This document shows positions 25,456 through 32,000 of a stretch of DNA of 32,000 nucleotides, in pieces. Position numbers and translations under genes: made by a program. How positions within the stretch are numbered: the stretch's first letter is position 1; each line of letters opens with the position of its first letter. Where the stretch lies: contig NZ_LT671858.1 of the NCBI RefSeq assembly GCF_900083515.1, positions 1,350,001-1,382,000 on the forward strand. The letters are read 5' to 3'. The DNA comes from Cuniculiplasma divulgatum (GTDB taxonomy: Archaea > Thermoplasmatota > Thermoplasmata > Thermoplasmatales > Thermoplasmataceae). Under the pieces are notes generated by a model, which saw only the letters and a program-made list of their open reading frames with translations, was not told where the DNA came from and searched no databases.

Positions 25456-27215
25456 TTCTGAAGGTATCGATCAAACCACTCCTTCTTTCTGTTAAGTCTA
25501 TCCACCATGTTATCAGGCTTTCCTGTTCTGGCATGTTCGTGGCTATCTCCCTGGTATCGAATCAGTTCAGAATCTACTCCATTCATTTTCAAGCCAACAA
25601 ACATCTGTTCTGACTGCTCTATTGGACATCGATTATCATTCTCTCCATGTATAAACATGGTCGGTGTCTTTGCTCTCTTAATTTGTGAAATAGGAGAGTT
25701 CTCTAGTAATTTCTTCATTGATTTTGGCTTCCATGGATCTTCTACTTTCATATACATTGCATTGAACCAGAATCCGATATCGCTGGTTCCACACATGCTC
25801 ATGAGGTTTGAAACACATCTTTCACTAATAGCTACCCTGAAAAAGTCAGAGTGTGTTATCATCCAGTTTGTCATATATCCTCCATAAGATCCACCGGTTA
25901 TGCCAAACTGCCCAGTAAGTTCATATTTCTTTTTAGCCGCCTCGATAAAGTTGAAAATGTCTTCTGCAGGTCCATTTCCCCAGTCTCCAACACAGGCTGC
26001 AGCAAATTCAGAACCATAGCTCGAGCTTCCCCTTGGGTTGCAAAAAAGTATATTATATCCGTTTCTTAGAAAATACTGAAATTCGATCATATATGATTCT
26101 CCATATGCATCATGGGGACCGCCATGAACGAAAACAAGGTTCGGGCTGTTTTTTCCTCCTATCATACACCATCCCTCTACCTCTCCGACCTTCATTTCTT
26201 CAGCAGCCTCACCAGACATTTTACTGTTAGGATCGTACTCCTTTCCATCGAATACAAGAATTGATGGCTTTTTCTGTGAACTGTAGATATATGCGATCCT
26301 TTTGTCCTTTATATCAAAACACTGAACCACAAACTTTCCTTTTACAATTTCCCTTACCTTTGAATTCTCAATGGAGTAAATCGATGATGTTCCTCCTGTT
26401 TCACATGGGGCATATACGGTTCCACTATCAAATATAATGTTTTCATCTGCCCCCTGAAAATGATCTGATATGGATGAACCATTTCCTGTGTGCTTTCCAA
26501 GGAGTAAAGGTTTATGCCCTGGCAAATACAGATATTTTGTTGCCCATGGCGTTCTTCCCTCGCTGTGTCCAATGTATATGACATTTCCGTTATCGTCAAA
26601 GGTTATACTTGATACCTGATCCTCATTAATTTTACTAAGGTGGCCATCACTTAGATCTACCTCGTACATGTTTGTCAGTCCCTCATCTTCATTCATGTAT
26701 GAAATCATGGCAACAACCCTGTTATTGTTAGAAATAACATCCATTACATCAAAATCACCTGACACAATCTTAGTTAGTTTTTCATTGAATAGATAGAGAC
26801 TTTTCCTCTGTCTTATGTAGCCTCTGGTGTCAAATCTATAGTTCATTCTTCTCGCAACAACAGGAAGATCATTGTTTGATTCTTCCGAGCCGATAATCAG
26901 GAATCCTCCACTGTGCTGGACAACCTTATGGATTTTTGCAAGACTAAATAAAATTAGTGGTTCTGTGTTGCTCTTAATCCGGACGAAATGATTGATTTTT
27001 TCCTCTGATTTAAGATAATGCAGGTTGCCATCAATGATCATTGGATAACTTTCCTTTCCACCAAACGTTATTCTCTCCACAACTTCATTCTCAAATTTAA
27101 AGATTGAAGTTTTATATTCGTTTCCCTCTATCCACTTTTCCGTAAAATATACGAAATTCTGATAAATCACGGGCTCTGATAGAAACTTTACACTATAGGC
27201 TTCCTTTGAATCCAT
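25449..27215 (-). CDS. S9-family serine peptidase (prolyl oligopeptidase / acylaminoacyl-peptidase type)
   Basis: 588 aa with an N-terminal beta-propeller-like region and a C-terminal alpha/beta-hydrolase domain. The hydrolase domain has the nucleophile elbow 'GGSYGGY', 'HGENDNRCP' (Asp) and 'GDSHE' (His). Confidence 0.85.
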   Translation of the reverse strand: MDSKEAYSVKFLSEPVIYQNFVYFTEKWIEGNEYKTSIFKFENEVVERITFGGKESYPMIIDGNLHYLKSEEKINHFVRIKSNTEPLILFSLAKIHKVVQHSGGFLIIGSEESNNDLPVVARRMNYRFDTRGYIRQRKSLYLFNEKLTKIVSGDFDVMDVISNNNRVVAMISYMNEDEGLTNMYEVDLSDGHLSKINEDQVSSITFDDNGNVIYIGHSEGRTPWATKYLYLPGHKPLLLGKHTGNGSSISDHFQGADENIIFDSGTVYAPCETGGTSSIYSIENSKVREIVKGKFVVQCFDIKDKRIAYIYSSQKKPSILVFDGKEYDPNSKMSGEAAEEMKVGEVEGWCMIGGKNSPNLVFVHGGPHDAYGESYMIEFQYFLRNGYNILFCNPRGSSSYGSEFAAACVGDWGNGPAEDIFNFIEAAKKKYELTGQFGITGGSYGGYMTNWMITHSDFFRVAISERCVSNLMSMCGTSDIGFWFNAMYMKVEDPWKPKSMKKLLENSPISQIKRAKTPTMFIHGENDNRCPIEQSEQMFVGLKMNGVDSELIRYQGDSHEHARTGKPDNMVDRLNRKKEWFDRYLQNH

Positions 27216-27427
27216 TGTCTAATAACAAAAACTGCCTAAAGAAACTTGCTAAAAGCACTGCATCGTTTGCTTCGAGATAAAATTAGAAGTGAAACATGGA
27301 TTTATGCTTTCTTGATAGTTATATTATAAAATATAAAGATTAACAGTTATTTGAGTTAAATAGTCCTGTATTTGAATGAATTCGTTTGCTTCTGTTGATT
27401 ATGCTGAACTGAAGATAGAAATTGTTA

Positions 27428-27757
27428 CTAATGTGTGGCAACTAATAGCTCAGTCATATTTCCATTAAGAAAACTTTTGAGAGCCTCTTCCACTGTTAAA
27501 CCTTCTCCTTTGAAAAGCTTTATTCTACCAGTCGTATAAGAAAATGCATGAGCACCAATACCTGATACTATAACAGATGAGACACCACGATCTACAATGG
27601 ATTTTAGCATGAGTATTCCTCTTGCGGAATTTGCAGTTAAGGCAGGGTTAGGGTATGATTCTAACTGTTGACTATTCTCAGTATCATAAATTCTTATCTC
27701 TTCGGCTTCTCCTGGACCACTAACCATTCCCTTTTCTACGGCAATTGCCAATTTCAT
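27428..27757 (-). CDS. NifX/NifB-C-terminal-like (dinitrogenase FeMo-cofactor-binding fold, COG1433) stand-alone protein
   Basis: 109 aa. The pattern 'MKLAIAV..G.VSG.G.A..I.IYD......E...NP......G......IVDRGVSSVIVSGIGAHAF......IKLFKGEGLTVEEALKSFLNG' matches the small archaeal COG1433 proteins. The usual 'HFG' is replaced by 'GPG'. Confidence 0.7.
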   Translation of the reverse strand: MKLAIAVEKGMVSGPGEAEEIRIYDTENSQQLESYPNPALTANSARGILMLKSIVDRGVSSVIVSGIGAHAFSYTTGRIKLFKGEGLTVEEALKSFLNGNMTELLVATH

Positions 27758-27839
27758 TTGCTCATATTGCCTGTAAACTCATATATTTTTGCAAAATAGG
27801 TCTAAATTTGTTATTCATAGTTAAATGATAATTTTTTAA

Positions 27840-28859
27840 TCATACAGCTGTAGTCTTTGAGTGAATATAATCTATTAATCCATCTATGATTCTTTCCTTT
27901 ATCATCGTGGGATTTTTCCATGTGAATAAAGATGGTTCAAGATAACACGAAAGGGCACATTTATTGCAGCTTTCGAATTCCGCCCAGCTGTAGTTGTTCC
28001 AAACTTTTACAATATCAATATCCCAGACCTTAGATTTGCCTTTGTATTCATTCAGAACATAGCATGGCATGACGAGATTTCCAAGGGGATCTATATTCAT
28101 TGTTAGCCAGGGTTTGCACTTCCATTCAATCCCATTGAACCATGAGTTTGTAACTGCTTGGAAATATTCTTTAGAGTTTACAATCCAGTAACCTTTTTCT
28201 TTCATGCCTAAAAGGACTTCTATAGCCTGCTTCAACTTTCCCATTTCAGGGGATTCCTTTTCAGCTGTTGAATAATTATAAGCGATCTGGAAATTAATCG
28301 GTACTCCGAGTTTATTTGCCATAAGCACGAGGTCTTTCGCTTGAAAATAATTTTCTTCGGTGATAGTTGAACTAAGTGCAATAGATATGTGACCCTTTGC
28401 AGCCCTAATTCCTTCCATGGCCTTATTGAATGATCCGCTGATTCCCCTCATTTTGTCGTGCAATTCACCAATTCCATCTATGGAAACGAACATATAGTCA
28501 ACGTAATTTTCAATGCTTTTCAGTTTAGTCTTCAGTAGCCATCCATTCGTGACTATGGATGTGTGAAAACGCTTATGGGATTCTGCTAGAATATCCTGTA
28601 TATCGTTCCTCAACAGAGGCTCACCACCCTCAAACCCTAGAAATGAAACCCCTCCTTTTTTTAATGCTTCCATCATTCTTACTTCATCCTCAACTGAAAG
28701 AAGCTCTTCATCTTTCCTTCTCCAGAACGGACACATCTTGCACTCGAGATTACATTTGTAGAGTAGTTTATGGCCTGCTATCAATGGTGCTTTACTGCCA
28801 TTGAAGCCTTTGAGTTTCCGTTCTATTGTCCTCCATAGAACGGGTTTTATCATTGCCAT
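27840..28859 (-). CDS. Radical SAM enzyme with HpnH/DUF3463-like architecture
   Basis: 339 aa. The CX3CX2C motif is 'CNLECKMC'. 'LSVEDE', 'EGGEPLL', 'VTNGWLL' and 'SIDG..ELHD' are present. The C-terminal Cys set is 'WKCKPW', 'MPCYVL' and 'CNKCALSCYLEPS' (CX2CX3C). From memory, the same order and spacing occur in the adenosylhopane synthase HpnH. Confidence 0.75.
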   Translation of the reverse strand: MAMIKPVLWRTIERKLKGFNGSKAPLIAGHKLLYKCNLECKMCPFWRRKDEELLSVEDEVRMMEALKKGGVSFLGFEGGEPLLRNDIQDILAESHKRFHTSIVTNGWLLKTKLKSIENYVDYMFVSIDGIGELHDKMRGISGSFNKAMEGIRAAKGHISIALSSTITEENYFQAKDLVLMANKLGVPINFQIAYNYSTAEKESPEMGKLKQAIEVLLGMKEKGYWIVNSKEYFQAVTNSWFNGIEWKCKPWLTMNIDPLGNLVMPCYVLNEYKGKSKVWDIDIVKVWNNYSWAEFESCNKCALSCYLEPSLFTWKNPTMIKERIIDGLIDYIHSKTTAV

Positions 28860-29109
28860 AATTATAGAGCCTTATACAATACTTAAAACTGTTGTCATAA
28901 GGATTTTAATTTTTATATAGATGCATTTTTTACATTAATGTGTTTCAATTCTAAACACGACCTTAACGGGATTGGTATGACATAGTTTGTCTCAATGACC
29001 TTTTACCCTGTAATGAATGACAGGTTTTAATAAAGTGTTTGAAAGCCAAAAAATACAGTTGTTTGCTTAAGATTTTTACTAACATGGTACCGTGCATCTA
29101 GACTCTTCT

Positions 29110-29123
29110 ATGAAAAAAGTTCT
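29110..29123. repeat. Left copy of the 14-bp inverted repeat (ATGAAAAAAGTTCT)
   Basis: Read directly. It is followed by ATGACA, which partly matches TTTGACCA after the other copy. Confidence 0.85.
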
Positions 29124-29238
29124 ATGACATTCATGTAATTGCATCCACTTTATTTATCTTTCCTTCCGTACCAGTTCTCTTTCGCCTGTCATTCTGAACC
29201 ATTCTAAGGTCATTCATCCGATCTTCCATTCTTGGGAT

Positions 29239-30195
29239 CTAATGTGGCTTTGATGCTCTTGATCTCATGGATACCATCTTCCTCTCAGTAAGTGCATCTG
29301 TCCTGTCAATGAATTCTGTACCATTTTTGAGCATTGTGTATATGGTCTCAATGAGTATGCGTACTATTGCAACTATTGCACGGTTCTTCCCAAGTCTCTT
29401 AACAATGCTTAGATTTTTTCTCTTCAACCTATCTGAATATTTTATAATACTGTGTGCAGCAGTGACCATTATGAACCTTAGCATTGATGGTCCATGTTTT
29501 GTTATATGCCCTCTTATATCTGATGATCCCGATTGATTCTGTCTTGGTACCAATCCAGCATAGGATGCAAGCTTCTCCTTTGAACTGAATCTGGATATAT
29601 TATCGATCTCTGACATGATTGCTGCAGATGAATATATTCCCATACCTGGAATTGTCATGAGGAGATTCACGCTTCTGTCATTTATTACAGATCTGGATAT
29701 CTCATCCTCCACTGTGGATTCTTTTCGCATCAAATATGTTATCTGATCCAGCAGATCACCAAGGATGTATCTCTGGGCAGTGGATAGATGATCAATAGAT
29801 CTGATGATAAGTTTCATTCCCTTCTTTCCGAATATATCCGTTGCATCAATGCTGATTCCTGCAGAAGTAAGAATTGCATGAACCCTGTTCTTGATCATGG
29901 TTATGCTTTCTCCAAAAGATCTACTGTACCTTACAAGTGATCTAAGATCATCTGAATATTTCGATGGAAGATACACCTCAGACAGGGCACCAAGTCTCAG
30001 AAGCTTTGCAAGCTTGTATGAATCTTCCTTATCATTCTTTTTTCCTGTATTGAATATGAGTGATATCATTGAAGGATCTGCAAGGTGAATGGAGAATCCC
30101 ACATCTCTCAATTTCCCTACAACATATTTTCCAGATGTGGACACTTCCAGATCTATTTCAGGATTCTTTAACAGATATCTATCACTGAATTCTGA
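29239..30195 (-). pseudogene. IS110-family DEDD transposase, N-terminally truncated or decayed
   Basis: The C-terminal domain 'MTIPGMGIYSSAAIMSEIDNISRFSSKEKLASYAGLVPRQNQSGSS..RGHITKHGPSMLR' is the IS110/IS116/IS902 signature. 'KKNDKEDSYKLAKLLRLG' and 'EIDLEVSTSGKY' match later parts of the DEDD domain. The frame is closed by TGA at 30196-30198, and the first catalytic Asp region (GID..K) is not encoded in any intact frame. The ORF track's 'M' at 30144 is an internal GTG. Confidence 0.75.
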
Positions 30196-30383
30196 TCACC
30201 TCCTAAGTGATTGGTGACTGTTTAAGAAGGGAGATAACTCGACAGTCTTCTATTCACCTTTGTTTCACTGTAATATGAGGAGGCGAAGGGCAGCAAATCT
30301 ATACGGCGACCTTCATGGGTCAAGTCAATGATCTGCTGCCTCTCCGACTCTCATGTTATCATCGTCATGACAACGTGGTCAAA

Positions 30384-30397
30384 AGAACTTTTTTCAT
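30384..30397. repeat. Right copy of the 14-bp inverted repeat (plus strand AGAACTTTTTTCAT)
   Basis: Exact reverse complement of 29110-29123. Confidence 0.85.
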
Positions 30398-30423
30398 GAC
30401 ATCTCTATATATGTCAGAGAACA

Positions 30424-31485
30424 TTAAAGGATATATGTTTGAAAATATGACTCTATCGTTGCGCCCATTATGAGAAGAATAATTATTGATACTATGGAAA
30501 TAAACAGTAGACGATAAGTAGAGTAAACGGATTTCTTCCAATCTATGAAGCTGTAACCGTGAATATAAAAATCGATGAAAGAGACAACATAATATAATAT
30601 GAGGAAACCTAGAGTAAGAGCAAGAACATAGCTAAAAGTTTCAGGAAAAAATTCAGGTAAGACTGCCTTTGAAAATGTAATCATAGATGATTTAATTGCT
30701 GGTCCAAGGATTGTGCCTTCAAGGTATGAAGATGACATGACAGTGAGAACGCTAGGAACAGAAAAAAACAGGCCACCCAAAGCTAACTGCATCGATAGAG
30801 ATAAATTGTTTGAGAATATTATATTGAAAAGCTGATAGAAGTCTAAATTAGGAGCAGAAGAATATAATATTGCTCTTCCAGGACTTGATGAGTTTCCAAT
30901 AGATGAAACCGATGTAAGAAAAGTCGAGAATGTGATAGTGATCAATGGTAGATAATATATAATCGAAGAAGTAGAAATCAACTTTAGGCTCAAGCTTCTT
31001 TTATTTTCTTCTTTTAATACTAAAAAGCCAAATCGAAAGTCTGTGAACTTGTAGTTATATTTCGGATGTTTAAAAATGGATAAACTATCAATAAGATTGG
31101 CTAAAGGGAAAGACTTGATTGCTGCTCGCAAAGTAGTAAATAGAAAAATATTAGATGAACCTTCCTTAGCATTTTTCACACTTAACCCGAAAATTCTGTT
31201 ACCAATCGATGTTTTCAGATAAATTTCGGACACAAAGTAAAAAATTGCAAAAATAGTGTAGACTATATATGTTATTAACAAGTCTCTAACTGAAAGATAA
31301 GTTAAATATTTTAACCCTAAAGAATACAAGATAGGGAGGATAAAAAAAGTAGGCGGTATCTTTAGCAGGGATAGCACTGTAGAAGTTACACATATTAGAA
31401 TTATCACATCCAACAGGTATGATAAATATCGTTCAAATAAAGATGCCTGTGGAATTCCTTGAAATTGCTTCTTTGGCATTTTCAC
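30424..31485 (-). CDS. Polytopic membrane protein: N-terminal RDD-like domain fused to a SpoIIM/DUF95-like domain
   Basis: 353 aa. 'FERYLSYLLDVIILI ... SIGNRIFGLSV ... TDFRFGFLVL' follows the R-D-D pattern of RDD-family proteins. The C-terminal half ('FSNNLSLSMQLALGG...YLEGTILG...LPEFFPETFSYVLALTLG') resembles SpoIIM/DUF95. The GTG start overlaps the upstream stop, and an ATG at 31479 is an alternative. The domain calls are from memory. Confidence 0.6.
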   Translation of the reverse strand: MKMPKKQFQGIPQASLFERYLSYLLDVIILICVTSTVLSLLKIPPTFFILPILYSLGLKYLTYLSVRDLLITYIVYTIFAIFYFVSEIYLKTSIGNRIFGLSVKNAKEGSSNIFLFTTLRAAIKSFPLANLIDSLSIFKHPKYNYKFTDFRFGFLVLKEENKRSLSLKLISTSSIIYYLPLITITFSTFLTSVSSIGNSSSPGRAILYSSAPNLDFYQLFNIIFSNNLSLSMQLALGGLFFSVPSVLTVMSSSYLEGTILGPAIKSSMITFSKAVLPEFFPETFSYVLALTLGFLILYYVVSFIDFYIHGYSFIDWKKSVYSTYRLLFISIVSIIILLIMGATIESYFQTYIL

Positions 31486-32000
31486 CTTTCACCAGTATTT
31501 AATTCTTGAAGATACTTTACCCTTGTGCTAATATCTGGATGCGATGAATTCCAAAATTTTGAAATTTTCTTAGGAATGAGTCCTAAATCAGACAACCTCA
31601 AAAGTGCACTTATAAGCCACTTGGGATCTACTGTTTTAGCAGCTGAAATGTCAGCTTCCTTTTCAAAGTGTCTTTGGAGAAAAGGCAAAAAAAAGATCAA
31701 ACCGACATAGATAAGAATAAACCCTGTAATTGCAAATATCAGTGATAAATTACCCTGTGTGGGGTAATATTGAGCGAATAGAAAAAGATTTATTATTATG
31801 AGTATCATCGATTCCACATATATAAACGTCTTCTGCAGATGCTTGTGTGCCGCATGGGAAATTTCATGTGCCAACACAGCAATATTTTCCTCAAAAGTAA
31901 GGTTTTCTTTCAGATAATTTGATATGAAGATAGTGTAAGTCCTAAAACCGGACTGAAAAGCATTTGGAATCTTTTGTTTTTCCCAATCGATGACCCTAAC
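31482..32000 (-). CDS. M48-family zinc metallopeptidase (HtpX-like), 5' end outside the window
   Basis: The frame is open to the window edge. It reads VRVIDWEKQKIPNAFQSGFRTYTIFISNYLKENLTFEENIAVLAHEISHAAHKH..., which includes the 'NAF.SG' and 'HEISH' (HExxH) motifs. Two TM helices follow, then 'EKEADISA' (third zinc-ligand Glu) and 'SHPDISTRV'. The track's 'M' at 31877 is the internal TTG of '..VLAHE..'. Confidence 0.8.
   Translation of the reverse strand, partial: VRVIDWEKQKIPNAFQSGFRTYTIFISNYLKENLTFEENIAVLAHEISHAAHKHLQKTFIYVESMILIIINLFLFAQYYPTQGNLSLIFAITGFILIYVGLIFFLPFLQRHFEKEADISAAKTVDPKWLISALLRLSDLGLIPKKISKFWNSSHPDISTRVKYLQELNTGER

Larger units (their letters stand above)
29110..30397 (-). 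mobile_element. Decayed IS110-family (IS1111-like) insertion sequence bounded by a 14-bp inverted repeat
   Basis: The perfect inverted repeat ATGAAAAAAGTTCT lies at 29110-29123, with its reverse complement at 30384-30397. The two copies span 1288 bp and enclose an IS110-type transposase remnant. The true element ends may lie a few nt outside the repeats. Confidence 0.7.

Noticed and set aside
25507-25887. 126-aa ORF on the plus strand
   Set aside because: It is antisense to the catalytic domain of the S9 peptidase and has no motifs, so it is a shadow ORF.
27428-28859. Interpretation as genuine nitrogen-fixation (nifB/nifX) genes
   Set aside because: No nifH/D/K/E/N genes are in the window. 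The radical SAM protein has an HpnH-like C-terminus rather than NifB features. COG1433 proteins are common in non-diazotrophic archaea.
28938-28985. 15-codon ORF (MCFNSKHDLNGIGMT) divergent from the radical SAM gene, considered as a possible RiPP precursor. I considered the 11-codon ORF near 28995 and the 15-codon ORF at 27297 in the same way.
   Set aside because: ORFs this short arise by chance in AT-rich spacers. There is no SD or promoter spacing support and no leader/core-like pattern, and conservation cannot be tested here.
28860-29109. 250-nt non-coding stretch between the radical SAM start and the left IS repeat, considered as an extension of the IS or as an ncRNA gene
   Set aside because: It probably contains the radical SAM promoter (minus-strand TATATAAAAA at about 28908-28920). 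Otherwise it shows only a short 5-bp inverted repeat (CCTGT...ACAGG at 29006-29023). I could not support any specific feature without comparative data.
30196-30327. In-frame TGA codons in the transposase remnant as evidence of stop-codon recoding (Sec, or TGA=Trp/Gly in a donor organism)
   Set aside because: Host genes in this window terminate at TGA (rmuC, marR, DUF427, bcp, M48). A TAG also interrupts the same stretch. No SECIS-like structure was noticed. Simple pseudogene decay is the more economical explanation.
1-32000. CRISPR arrays, rRNA genes, tandem repeat arrays
   Set aside because: Reading through all spacers longer than 60 nt revealed no regularly spaced direct repeats and no rRNA-like sequence. 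The only repeats seen are the short ones reported above.

Overview
AT-rich, densely packed archaeal chromosome segment. It carries aEF-2, aEF-1alpha, uS10, eS1/S3Ae and a tRNA with a canonical bulge-helix-bulge intron. The proteins look Thermoplasmata/Ferroplasma-like, but that is inference only. About 34 genes are present. The left 6 kb is translation core: a tuf-rps10-fusA operon, a threonine-synthase-like gene, rps3ae and an intron-containing tRNA(CAU). The middle 20 kb mixes housekeeping, stress and transport genes: PaiB-like, four MFS and one EamA transporter, an Lrp/AsnC regulator divergent from an AsnRS-like asparagine synthetase, a PIN-ATPase-KH protein, a glutaminase-less AsnB-type PP-loop protein, a NirJ/AhbD-like radical SAM/SPASM enzyme, RmuC, ExoIII, DUF427, FMN reductase, MarR, glutamate decarboxylase, Bcp and an S9 peptidase. 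The right 5 kb looks accessory. It holds an HpnH-like radical SAM gene followed by a stand-alone NifX-like (COG1433) gene, a decayed IS110/IS1111-like element bounded by a 14-bp perfect inverted repeat, and an M48 peptidase translationally coupled to an RDD/SpoIIM-like membrane protein. I saw no rRNA, no CRISPR array and no recognisable defence system. The best candidate for an undescribed system is the radical SAM + NifX-like pair at 27428-28859, but its function cannot be derived from sequence alone. All family assignments come from motif recognition by eye, not from database searches.
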